Of a stretch of DNA of 64,000 nucleotides, positions 50,264-60,300 are shown piece after piece. The first letter of the stretch is position 1. Each line of letters begins with the position of its first letter. A model generated the notes under the pieces. The model was given only the letters and a program-made list of their open reading frames with translations. It searched no databases and was not told where the DNA came from. The DNA comes from an uncultured Desulfobacter sp. (GTDB lineage Bacteria > Desulfobacterota > Desulfobacteria > Desulfobacterales > Desulfobacteraceae), in the NCBI GenBank assembly GCA_963665095.1, contig OY762069.1:6842359-6906358 (forward strand), in the 5' to 3' direction. A program made the position numbers and the translations under genes.

Positions 50264-51273
50264 GGGAGAGGATGACACAACAGACAAAAGATATCTGGGT
50301 GCTGGGGGATTACAGGAATTATTTTAAAAGCCGGGTCACCCTTCAGGTGCTGGCCAGGGCCAGATCCCTTGCCGAACAGACCGGCGGGCAGGTGTGCGCA
50401 GTGGTATTCGGGCATGATGTGGACGAATATATCGGCGAATATATTGCCCATGGGGCGAACCGGGTGTATGTGATTGACCATCCCCGCCTGAAAGTTTACG
50501 GCATTGAAACCTTCACCTTTCTTCTGACGCAACTGGCAAGAAGGCTGAGGCCGGAAACTATTTTGATCGGTGCCACCCGGTTTGGCCAGGAAGTGGCACC
50601 AAGGGTGGCCAAGCAGCTTGAGACAGGCCTTACCGCAGACTGCATTGATTTCGACATTGATGAAAAGGGCCGCCTGATTCAGATTGCCCCCTCCTTTGGC
50701 GGTAATCTGATTGCCAAGATCATTACACCGGATGCCCGGCCCCAGATGGCCACGGTGCGGCCAGGCACCTTTCAGGAGCTGCCCCATGATAACGCGCTTA
50801 AAGGCGACGTAATCCGGATGGACCTGCCAGAGGATCTGCCTGCTGAACGGGTCCGGTGCGTGCATTCTGAATATAAACCAGCCAAGGCCATCGGGCTTGA
50901 AAAAGCCGACATCGTGATCACCGGCGGTCGGGGCATGGGTTCCAAAGGTAAATTTAAGAAGTTGTTCGATCTGGCCGGTCTGATGAATGCCGAGGTAGGG
51001 GCCACCCGGCCTGTGGTACATGCCGGATGGGTGGAGCCGGAGACCCTGGTGGGCCAGGCCGGCAAGCATATCCAGCCCAGGGTGCTGTTCTCCTTTGGTA
51101 TTTCCGGTGCGATTCAGCACACCGCCGCACTCATGGATACCGATTTTATTGTGGCGGTGAACAAAAATCCCAATGCCACCATGATGAAGCTTGCCGATGT
51201 GGCCATTGTGGCCGATGCCAACCAGGTTTGTCTGAGCATTATCAAGGCGTTAAAAGATAAAATCAGGGATTGA
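50260..51273 (+). CDS. etfA: Electron transfer flavoprotein alpha subunit
   Basis: TGLTADC, PSFGGN, PQMATVRP, GGRG, GATRP, GISGAIQH. Confidence 0.95.
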   Translation: MRERMTQQTKDIWVLGDYRNYFKSRVTLQVLARARSLAEQTGGQVCAVVFGHDVDEYIGEYIAHGANRVYVIDHPRLKVYGIETFTFLLTQLARRLRPETILIGATRFGQEVAPRVAKQLETGLTADCIDFDIDEKGRLIQIAPSFGGNLIAKIITPDARPQMATVRPGTFQELPHDNALKGDVIRMDLPEDLPAERVRCVHSEYKPAKAIGLEKADIVITGGRGMGSKGKFKKLFDLAGLMNAEVGATRPVVHAGWVEPETLVGQAGKHIQPRVLFSFGISGAIQHTAALMDTDFIVAVNKNPNATMMKLADVAIVADANQVCLSIIKALKDKIRD

Positions 51274-51277
51274 TGCC

Positions 51278-52102
51278 ATGCATGTATTTGATCAGGACTG
51301 TGCCCTTAAACCGGAATCCAGGGAGTGCTTTTCAATTGAACTTTCTCCGCGGTGGGGTATCAATAACTCAGCCAACGGAGGGTATATCATGGCTGTGATG
51401 GCCCGGGCCATGTCACCCGGCAATACCTGTGGGGGCAGGGCGGGCAGTGACGGGGCCGTGATCTGTGATGACAGGAGCGTGATCACGGCAAACTACATTG
51501 AGCGGTGCCTGGATCTGCCGGCCCGGATTCTGGTTGAAAACATTGGTGAGTCCGGCAATTTTATCCGGAAACAGGCCCGGCTGATTCAGGATGACAAAGA
51601 AAGGGTCCGGGCACTGGGCACCTTTGTAAAAAACAGTACAGATGCATCAGACCCTGATTACGAGGCCGATCCACCAGATGTGGCCCCCTGGGATGAGTGC
51701 ATCCAGGTGCCGTTCATTGATGGTTACAGCCTTTACCAGCAGATGAACATCCGGATGGATCCTGTGTGTGCCGGATGGTTGCAGGGAAAATCCGGCGGGC
51801 CGTCTGTTATCAAAGGGTGGATTGAATTTGAGACGCCACGTCGCATTGATGCTGCGGCTGTAACCCTGTTTGCAGATGCCTTTCCGCCGAGTGTGCTGGC
51901 AAGCCGCGGCATGGTGGCCTGGGTCCCTACCATTGAATACTCTGTAAACATCAGAGCCCTGCCTGATGTTTATCGTCTCAAAGGTATTTTTGCCACCCGG
52001 TTTATTTCTTCGGGTATGGTGGAAGAGGATGGGCAGCTGTGGGATGAGACGGGCACCCTTGTGGCCCTGTCCCGGCAGATTGCCAAATTTCAAATGGCGT
52101 GA
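51278..52102 (+). CDS. Thioesterase family protein (double hot-dog, TesB-like)
   Basis: W.I..SANGGY, ADAFPP, WVPTIEY, EEDGQLWDETGTLVALSRQ. Confidence 0.88.
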   Translation: MHVFDQDCALKPESRECFSIELSPRWGINNSANGGYIMAVMARAMSPGNTCGGRAGSDGAVICDDRSVITANYIERCLDLPARILVENIGESGNFIRKQARLIQDDKERVRALGTFVKNSTDASDPDYEADPPDVAPWDECIQVPFIDGYSLYQQMNIRMDPVCAGWLQGKSGGPSVIKGWIEFETPRRIDAAAVTLFADAFPPSVLASRGMVAWVPTIEYSVNIRALPDVYRLKGIFATRFISSGMVEEDGQLWDETGTLVALSRQIAKFQMA

Positions 52103-52238
52103 TTGCAAACGGCATTTTTATGCCGGTGCAATGCCCGTTCCCGACCATAACAAATGTTTGGCAGTCCAGCATCGAATGAACCATTCGCCGCATCCGATGC
52201 TGGAGTAAGAAAATGTTGTCTTGTTGACAGGAGTTGCG

Positions 52239-52598
52239 TTACAGACTGATAACGGTAGCGTTACATGACAGGTTGATGAACTCTGCTGCCGTGGCCATGC
52301 GTGCGCCTTCAATGAGATCATCATCTTTGATCTGGCGGGCACTGGCACAGGGAGTGCAAACCAGAATCGGTACTTCATGGGCCTGAAGGTAGGCTAAGAG
52401 GTCATCTGCCACGTCACCGGTGGCGGCCCGGACATGGGTGATGATCCCCTCCTTGGCCAGATACACCCCCTCATCCAGCAGGAACAGGCAGGTGTTTTTA
52501 CCCTCTTTATGGGCAATGGTTGCAAGGTGGATGGCCCGGGTGGCCCGGTTGGTGTCATTGGTGCCACAGGATAATGCAATTACCACATTGTCTGTCAT
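52239..52598 (-). CDS. DsrE/DsrF-like sulfur relay family protein
   Basis: LFLLDEGVYL, LVCTPCASAR, LIEGA; AAGGAG RBS before ATG 52598. Confidence 0.88.
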   Translation of the reverse strand: MTDNVVIALSCGTNDTNRATRAIHLATIAHKEGKNTCLFLLDEGVYLAKEGIITHVRAATGDVADDLLAYLQAHEVPILVCTPCASARQIKDDDLIEGARMATAAEFINLSCNATVISL

Positions 52599-52670
52599 GA
52601 TTCGCTCCTTTTTTTCGGTTGTAAGGCGCATAAATTTAAACATATTCACGCTTGATATCATTCAAAGTGT

Positions 52671-52686
52671 TGCAAAAACCTTGCCC
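52671..52686 (-). promoter_or_regulatory. Sigma-54-like promoter for the dsrE-like gene
   Basis: Minus strand GGGCAA-GGTTT-TTGCA (GG-N10-GC spacing). Confidence 0.55.
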
Positions 52687-53004
52687 GGATTCCAACTTTT
52701 CGGCAGAAAAGAGGTGCAGATCCCTGCCGGTATTATTTTCATAAACATTGGCTTGATGACCTGTCGTGTGATATAAAGTGTGATACATAAATGTTTTTGA
52801 TGTCTCAAACTGTCCCGGACAGATACATATTTTTTGTCTGACTGCCTGCAAATGATTAGATATATATCAGGTATCGATCCTGTTTGAAAAAGAGAGGACG
52901 CCCTTTAAAACCTTTGTCATTAGGCTTTCTTAGCTATCGCATCCTTGTCTTACCCTTTGAGTGGAGATCTTCATAGTTAGGCTGGTTCAAAGAAATTATT
53001 CTTT

Positions 53005-53020
53005 TGGCACGGTATCTGCT
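53005..53020 (+). promoter_or_regulatory. Sigma-54 promoter for the peroxiredoxin unit
   Basis: TGGCAC-GGTAT-CTGCT. Confidence 0.7.
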
Positions 53021-53126
53021 CTACTGGGTAGAAGATAAAGAAAAAGTGGTTCAACCATCACTCAACAGGCAAAGAAATACTAAGCAAAATTTCAATCTGC
53101 CTCAACAACAAAAAAAGGAGAACAAC

Positions 53127-53774
53127 ATGGAACAGCAGAAACCAAGCATCCCTCTTCTTGGCGATGAATTCCCCGAAATGAACGTTGCCACCACCCATGG
53201 CCCCATGAGTCTGCCCGGTGATTTAAAAGGAAAGTGGTTTGTCCTTTTCAGCCACCCGGCCGATTTCACTCCGGTATGCACCACAGAATTCGTGGCATTT
53301 CAGAACCGCATTGCCGGGTTTGAAGACCTGGGCGTAAAGCTCATTGGCATGTCTGTGGATCAGGTGTTCAGCCACATTAAGTGGGTGGAATGGATCAAGG
53401 AAAAACTGGATATTGACATTACCTTCCCCGTTGTTGCCGCCAACGACACCGTGGCAAACAAACTGGGCATGCTGCACCCCGGCAAGGGTGCCAATACAGT
53501 AAGAGCGGTCTTTGTGGTTGATCCTGAAAGCAAGGTGCGCCTGGTGCTCTATTATCCCCAGGAGATCGGGCGGAATGTGGATGAGATTGTCCGGGCCACA
53601 AAGGCGTTGATCACCTCTGATGAGAACGGTGTGGCCATGCCTGCCAACTGGCCCGACAATGACCTGATAAAGGACCGGGTCATTATTCCGCCGGCACAGT
53701 CACAAAAAGATGCAGCCCAGCGGCTGAGTCAGTATGAGGGATATGACTGGTGGTTCTGCCATAAAGCACTTTAA
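53127..53774 (+). CDS. Peroxiredoxin (Prx6 / archaeal-type)
   Basis: [41 protein letters not shown] before ATG 53127. Confidence 0.95.
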   Translation: MEQQKPSIPLLGDEFPEMNVATTHGPMSLPGDLKGKWFVLFSHPADFTPVCTTEFVAFQNRIAGFEDLGVKLIGMSVDQVFSHIKWVEWIKEKLDIDITFPVVAANDTVANKLGMLHPGKGANTVRAVFVVDPESKVRLVLYYPQEIGRNVDEIVRATKALITSDENGVAMPANWPDNDLIKDRVIIPPAQSQKDAAQRLSQYEGYDWWFCHKAL

Positions 53775-53793
53775 CCCCGTTTAAACCTATCAC

Positions 53794-53833
53794 CCGGCCC
53801 GGGAAAGTATGAATGGTTGGTTTCCCGGGCCGG
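53794..53833. terminator. 13-bp intergenic hairpin between prx and dfx (terminator or mRNA stabiliser)
   Basis: CCGGCCCGGGAAA / TTTCCCGGGCCGG. Confidence 0.55.
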
Positions 53834-53884
53834 TATGTATCATAACTGCATCATTTAACTGCTTGAATTATAAGGAGAATTGGC

Positions 53885-54259
53885 ATGACTAAAAAGAATC
53901 AGGTGTATAAATGTGAAAAATGCGGCAATATTGTTGAGGTACTTCACGGACAAGGTGCCCCCCTGGTGTGCTGCGGTCAAAATATGACGCTTCTGGAAGA
54001 AAATACGGTTGATGCGGCCAAAGAAAAACATGTGCCTGTGATCGAAAAGGTGGAAAACGGCTACAAGGTCAGTGTCGGATCTGTGGCCCATCCCATGGAA
54101 GAGAAGCACTATATTGAGTTTATTGAGCTCATCGCAGATGGAAAAGTGTATCGCCAGGATCTGAACCCCGGGGAAACACCAGTGGCGTTTTTCTGCGTGG
54201 ATGCCGACAACGTGTCTGCCAGAGAGTACTGCAATCTGCATGGTCTGTGGAAAGCATAG
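53885..54259 (+). CDS. dfx: Desulfoferrodoxin (2Fe superoxide reductase)
   Basis: YKCEKCGN...[26 protein letters not shown]. Confidence 0.97.
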   Translation: MTKKNQVYKCEKCGNIVEVLHGQGAPLVCCGQNMTLLEENTVDAAKEKHVPVIEKVENGYKVSVGSVAHPMEEKHYIEFIELIADGKVYRQDLNPGETPVAFFCVDADNVSAREYCNLHGLWKA

Positions 54260-54316
54260 GCAAGATCCACATGGTTTGGTTTATCATGCGATTTGTTTTT
54301 AAAGGAGGCCCGCACC

Positions 54317-55699
54317 ATGTATTTTAACCAGATTGCAGTCAAAGGGCTCGGGTGCCTTTCATATTGTATTGGCTGCCCGGCAGCCAAGCAGATGATGGTG
54401 GTGGATCCTAAGAGGGATATCCAGGATTATCTGGATATTGCCCACCAGGAAGGCATGCGTATCACCCATATTGTCAATACCCATCTCCATGCCGACCACA
54501 TTTCCGGTGACCAGGAGTTGAGTGCGGCCACGGGTGCTGACATTTACATCAACGACAGCGTGGAAATTGATTATCCACACAAGGGCATTGAACAGGGCGA
54601 TCTTTTTATACTGGGTGCCGCTAAAGTGGAAGTTTTGCACACGCCCGGGCATACCCCGAATTCAATCTCCCTGGTGGTTACGGATACAGGACGGTCAGAC
54701 AAGCCTGAAATGATTCTCACAGGCGATCTGCTCTTTGTGGGCGATGTGGGACGGCCGGACCTTCCCGGATCTGAAATTCTTGGGGAGCAGGTTGAAAATT
54801 TGTATAACAGTCTGTACAAAACCCTGGGTGCCTATCCGGATTACCTTGAGGTCTATCCGGCCCACGGAGAGGGATCCCTGTGCGGCAGGGGCATGAGCGC
54901 AAAAAAAAGTTCGACTCTGGGATATGAGCGCAGTGCCAATCATATGCTTCAGTTTGATTCCTTTGAGGCATTTAAGGAAGATATCATGTCCGCCTTTCCT
55001 GCCCGTCCCAAGAGTTTTTCCTACATTATTTCAACCAATAGAAAGGGTGCCGACCTGCTGGATGCCTGTACCCTAGATAAACGGCTGACGCCTGCCCAGT
55101 TCCAGGATCTGATGGAGGAAGAGACCACCCTGGTTATGGACACCCGGGACAGTGCAGCCTATGGCGGGTTTCATATCCCCGGCAGTATCAACATCGGATT
55201 TGAAAAGCAGTTGGCCAACTGGGTGGGAATGGTCATCGATCCGGGTACGGAACTGCTTTTAGTGGTGGATAACCGGGACGCGTATGACCGGATGCTGACT
55301 GAACTGCACCGCATCGGCTATGATGCTGTTTTGGGGTACCTTTCCGGCGGCATCAATGCCTGGCTGATGAGCGGCCGTCCCGTGGACCAGCTGGCTCAGA
55401 TTTCCCCTCTGCAGCTTCACGCGAGAACCGAAGCGGACTGTCCTTTGATTCTGGATGTCCGTACTCCGGCAGAGTGGAATTCCGGCCGCATTGAACAGGC
55501 CGTTCACTTTCCCTTAACCAGCATCCTTGATAATAAAATGCCCGAAGCTGACAAAGATCAGGAGATCATTCTGCAATGCGGCAGTGGATACCGCTCCAAT
55601 ATCGCGGCAGGCTTCCTTAAAGACAAGGGATTCGCAAATATCAAATCCCTGGCAGGCGGCGTGTTTGCCTGGTCCAATGCGGATCTTCCCCTGGTGTAG
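54317..55699 (+). CDS. MBL-fold persulfide dioxygenase-like protein fused to two rhodanese domains (CstB/Blh-like)
   Basis: THLHADH, TPGHTP, GDVGRPDL, PAHG, HIPGS, DVR.P.EW, active-site CGSGYRS. Confidence 0.9.
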   Translation: MYFNQIAVKGLGCLSYCIGCPAAKQMMVVDPKRDIQDYLDIAHQEGMRITHIVNTHLHADHISGDQELSAATGADIYINDSVEIDYPHKGIEQGDLFILGAAKVEVLHTPGHTPNSISLVVTDTGRSDKPEMILTGDLLFVGDVGRPDLPGSEILGEQVENLYNSLYKTLGAYPDYLEVYPAHGEGSLCGRGMSAKKSSTLGYERSANHMLQFDSFEAFKEDIMSAFPARPKSFSYIISTNRKGADLLDACTLDKRLTPAQFQDLMEEETTLVMDTRDSAAYGGFHIPGSINIGFEKQLANWVGMVIDPGTELLLVVDNRDAYDRMLTELHRIGYDAVLGYLSGGINAWLMSGRPVDQLAQISPLQLHARTEADCPLILDVRTPAEWNSGRIEQAVHFPLTSILDNKMPEADKDQEIILQCGSGYRSNIAAGFLKDKGFANIKSLAGGVFAWSNADLPLV

Positions 55700-55747
55700 T
55701 GCCAGCCGGGAATAATAAATCCGGCGATAAACAAAATAGTTCCTTAA

Positions 55748-55784
55748 CAGAAAAGGGCGTTGCTTTACAGCACGCCCTTTTCTG
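55748..55784. terminator. Bidirectional intrinsic terminator
   Basis: CAGAAAAGGGCGT / ACGCCCTTTTCTG. Confidence 0.8.
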
Positions 55785-55837
55785 ATTTGAAGGATAACGA
55801 AATAGTCATGGGCTCATGTCTGATAACATGGTAAGTT

Positions 55838-57226
55838 ATGGCCATTATGAAAATCAGCATGTTAACATTGTTTAGAATACATATTCTGTTTCTGATTTTG
55901 CTGCTTTTACCGTGCCTGCAGGACCTGGTTGCAAAGGAAGTTCCGGTTGAGCGGATGGCCCAGGAACCCGTCTTTGGCGGCGAAATGCTGGTACGCGAGG
56001 CCGGACAACAGAACCCGGACATGGTCTTGCTGGTGCATGGCCTCGGGGATGAGGCGGGCACTACCTGGGACGGTATTATCGGGGAGCTGTCTACGCGCTT
56101 TCACGTTGTGGCCCCGGATTTGCCCGGGTTTGGGCGTTCATCCAAGGGCAATCATCTCTACTCGCCCGGCGCCTTTGCCCAGGCCCTCAATGTGCTGGTG
56201 ATGTCGCTGCCGCCCAAGCCCCTGTACCTGGTGGGACACTCTTTAGGGGGGGCTATTTCTCTGACCTATGCCGCACTCTATGGCCGTGACCTTCAACGCC
56301 TGGTAATTGTTGACAGTGTGGGCGTCCTTCATCGTCTGGCCGTCAGCCAGTACCATGCAAAAGAGCAGATTAACCTGAATATCCCTTTCAGTTCATACGG
56401 AATAGGAAATTCCCTTGGCCGGTTCAGTGATCTGGTGCTGGAGAAATCATCCCGTCTCCCTGTTGATCCTGATGTGACGCTTCAGTCTGAAACTATGAGG
56501 GCCAGTCTTCTGGATGGAAATCCCTCCCGTATCGCAGCCCTGGCTCTGGTTCAAACCGACTACTCCCTGCTTCTTGGCCGTATTAAAACCCCGACCTGGC
56601 TGTTGTGGGGATCCCAGGACCGGGTGGCCCCCCTGCGGCTGGCCAAAATTCTGCGATGGAACCTGCCCAAAACGGAACTGATACTGTTTCAGGGTCAGGG
56701 GCACTGTCCCATGCTGGAGGATGCCCAAGGATTTCTGACCGCCCTGACCAAGACGTTAACGAGCCTGCCCCGGGGGCTGCCAAGGGTTTCAATAACTGAC
56801 CCTGCACCGGACGGCTATTTCAATAACGAATCGGGGCGGGTTATACAGGGAAGCTATAGTACGCTTAAAATCAACGGCTGCAAAAATATTCGTCTTGTCA
56901 ATATCGCGGCAAAGCACATCGAAATCCAAAATTCTCAAGTGGAGATGGAGAATGCCGACATTGAGGCACAGGCAGAATTGCCCGGCATCTCCGTGGTACG
57001 TTCCAGGCTCATTGTAACCGGCGCAGATATCCGCGCTGTAACCGGCATCCTGACCAATCAGAGCCGCATTGACCTGGCAGGGGTGCGGTTTATAGAGACA
57101 CCCACCGCCATCCGCGCAGAAGGGAATCCATCGGCACTGCTCAGTTCCTGTTCGGTCAAGCAGTCAGCAGGCAAACGTGTCGCCATTCATACAAGCTGTT
57201 CCTTGAACGCGGGAGAGAAATTATAA
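55838..57226 (+). CDS. Exported alpha/beta hydrolase with a C-terminal beta-helix-like domain
   Basis: Signal peptide; LVHGLG, DLPGFGRS, GHSLGG nucleophile, WGSQD, GHCP; C-terminal repeats of short beta strands. Confidence 0.85.
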   Translation: MAIMKISMLTLFRIHILFLILLLLPCLQDLVAKEVPVERMAQEPVFGGEMLVREAGQQNPDMVLLVHGLGDEAGTTWDGIIGELSTRFHVVAPDLPGFGRSSKGNHLYSPGAFAQALNVLVMSLPPKPLYLVGHSLGGAISLTYAALYGRDLQRLVIVDSVGVLHRLAVSQYHAKEQINLNIPFSSYGIGNSLGRFSDLVLEKSSRLPVDPDVTLQSETMRASLLDGNPSRIAALALVQTDYSLLLGRIKTPTWLLWGSQDRVAPLRLAKILRWNLPKTELILFQGQGHCPMLEDAQGFLTALTKTLTSLPRGLPRVSITDPAPDGYFNNESGRVIQGSYSTLKINGCKNIRLVNIAAKHIEIQNSQVEMENADIEAQAELPGISVVRSRLIVTGADIRAVTGILTNQSRIDLAGVRFIETPTAIRAEGNPSALLSSCSVKQSAGKRVAIHTSCSLNAGEKL

Positions 57227-57305
57227 CGGTATCAAGTTTTGGATTGATTTTTTGTACAAAGAATGAAAAGTTGTGTAATTTTTAACACAATAATTAAGAA
57301 AATTT

Positions 57306-60300
57306 ATGAGATTTTTTTTAGTGTCCCCAAGACATTTCCTGTTGTCCCTGTGCTGTTTTTTATTGTCTTTTTTCATGTTCTATCCCTCTTTTGAGGCCCT
57401 GGCCGATGAGACAGAATCCCATGATGAGGCAGACAAAGAAGATTCCGAGTCGCCCTACAATATCACAAACAAGACAATTGCCGGTAATAAGGTTGTCATA
57501 TTTAATTTTGAAAAAAAGTCCAAAAAAGAGAAAATAAACCTGCAGTACCCCGACGAAATTTACACGGCCTATTTTTTCGAACAGCTGCAGTTCAACGCAC
57601 TTTTACCCGACGGTCTTGATTCAGATCCCCCGGACATAGATATCGCTAATGTGCTGTTTTTATCCGGTCCCCACGACTTTGACGTCACTGTCACCAAAGA
57701 GAATATTCCACCTGAAATATTCAGCAAAATTGAGGCTGGGTGGGGAAAATGGGAAGATATTCCTGTCAAGAACGGTTTGCTCTTCAGGGGCTGTCTGGAT
57801 GCAGGTAAGAATCTGGACTTGCGAAAAAGCCTTGAATCCCTCGGCGTAAAGTTCAGGGCCTTTCCCATTGCCGGTACATTGGGCATTGATCCCATGGATC
57901 TGTTGCTAAAACGTAAAAAATATCTCAAAGACGATTTTTTAAAGGGGCTATCCCTTGAAATAGATCTGGATCTCCCAACCCTGAAGGGCATTGATCAGTT
58001 TTTCGGTTTTGATACGTTTAAACTGGGGTTAAGCTCCGGCATCTATTACGAAGACCCCTGGAGCCGTCTGCCCGAAGCCATGACCGAGGGCGTTAAAAAG
58101 AAACATGACCTCAACCTCTTTTTTTCCGGCGGGGCATGGATCAAAATCGCAGGGGTCAAAAAGGGCCTTAACGCGCTTATTGATATCACTGCACAGGATA
58201 AGAAAACCAGGTTCACTTTGCTCGGGCTTGCTGATGAGAAGTTTGATTTCAGCAAACTTTTGGACATTCCCATTGATTTTGGAGATGACTGCGGGTACCG
58301 CCTGATACTTGATCCTTCCAGCGGTGCCGTGAATGCCGACATCACCGGATTCAGCCGGGTCTCATTCAATGAAAAAAGCATTGATGTGGTCGTGGATTTT
58401 AATCTGGATGAAAAAAAGGAACGTCCTGAACTGCACTATATTGAATTTGACGATGATATTCTGTTGTCCGATATCGTGGGCAGCCGGTTAAGCGGCAAGA
58501 TCTCGGACAATCTGTTAAAGCTGGGGCTCAATAAGCTGCGGCTCCAGCCGGACGGATTCTCGGCACAGGCTACCCTGTTCAGCGAGCCTGTCGATTTTTT
58601 CCTCTTTGACACGGGCGAGGGCCCGGACAAAGGTGTGAATCTGGTGTTCGGCATGGAAAAGAGCATCACCCTGGACCAGCTTTGTGTTGAAAAAAGCGGA
58701 AAGGATGCCTTAAAAAAGGTTGCCCTGCCCGGCACCTTGTTTTTCTTTTCGGAAAAAGGCATCTCTGTTACCCGGAAAGAGATTACCAGCGACATTCTCA
58801 AGCAGGTGTTTGACAAGGTGTGCGAGGATCCGGACCAGCGTCTGAAAATGAACGGGGCAGGGTTTTTGTGCAAGTTTGACCAGGACAATTTCGGCACCAT
58901 CGGCAAGGCAGCTAAAAAGCTGGGAGCCGAGGACGACACCATGGTCCTGGCAGATATGGCCGGGGTATTTGACTCCCGCCCCTTTGCCATGAACCTTTAC
59001 CTGCTTTGCGACATAAAAAAAACATCCATACCGGCCGCCATCAAAAAATTGGTCTCCTTTCCCAAAGACACCATTCCAAGGATTCATCTGGGGGTGATGA
59101 AAGATGAAATCTCCCTTGGCCTGGGTGCCCAGTTCAACCTGGGCAGCAAGGGGGGGCTCCCGGGTGCCTTGGCCGGTGAGGTCCAGGTGGACCTTGATGA
59201 CGACGGTTTAGGGCTGAATTTTCTCGGGCGCCTGGAAGCGTGGACCCATCCCTTTGACATGCCCTCCATCACCCTGCAGGATGTGATGTTTGAGATCGAC
59301 CTGGATGATGAGGCCACAATAAAGCCGGGGTTTGGCTCAAAAGTCAACTATCTGGGCCACGATGTCCAGGTGGACGGCAGCCTGCGCATGGAGCTGGGCG
59401 ACGGCGGATTTCCCCTCCCCACAGGGGTGGCTTTTAAAGGGGCTATTGACACCCTGGACTCAGAGACCTGGATGTATGTGGATGATGTCATCGTGCTGAT
59501 CATAGTGGTGGCGGTACTTGCCCTGATTGCCGGGGGGGCGGGCTTCCTGCTCATTGGCCTGCTCTCCGGGGGCACAGCCTGGATCGTTGCCGGTGCCGTT
59601 GGCGCTGCTGTTGGCGTTACGGGTCTGGCGTTGTTCACCAATGTGATCGGGCCTTCCATTACCGTGGCGGTGATCGGGGATATTGTGGTGGAGAATGTCG
59701 CCCATCCCGACCACCTGAAAAAATCCCTGAACTCTCTGAAAAAGCTCGAAGTCGGAGACGGTCTCAAGCAACTGGTGGATGCGGCTGTGGTTCCTGTTAA
59801 AACCGATTTTAAAGCCGCGGACAAAGCCTTTGCCGCCCTTGAGGCCAAGATCGTCACCCTGAAGGATGCCTATCTCTCCTTTGCCTCCCCGGGGGCGGAA
59901 GATGCCGGAAACAATATTCCAGAAGGGCTGTATGTCCACGGTGAGGCCTACCTCTTTGACACCATCCCCCTGGGCAGCCAGTCCCATAAGGCCTATGAGG
60001 AAGATGAGCAAAAAGAGAGCGGCAATACGGTGACGGCTACGGCAACCTCGGCCAATGGCGCTTCTGTCTACCAGGGTAAAAAAGGAAACAAAGCCAGGGA
60101 TTTTACCCTGGGACCTTTGCATTTTACAGGCAACCAGCTCTATACAAGGCCCGATCCCCTTGGCATGACGTCAACTGTCAAGCTGTTTGGCGTGCAGGAA
60201 GCTGTCACCCTTAAGTTTGACAACGGCCTTTACTTTGATACCGACACCACGCTGGGAGACCTGGGTGACATAAATTTACGGTTCACCTGGGACCAGGCGC

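Noticed and set aside
53004..53126. N-terminal extensions in the ORF track (prx from 53004, HAD from 1003, dsrE-like from 52661, rnhB from 8002)
   Set aside because: Better RBS-supported downstream starts exist, and the extensions overlap promoters or neighbouring genes.
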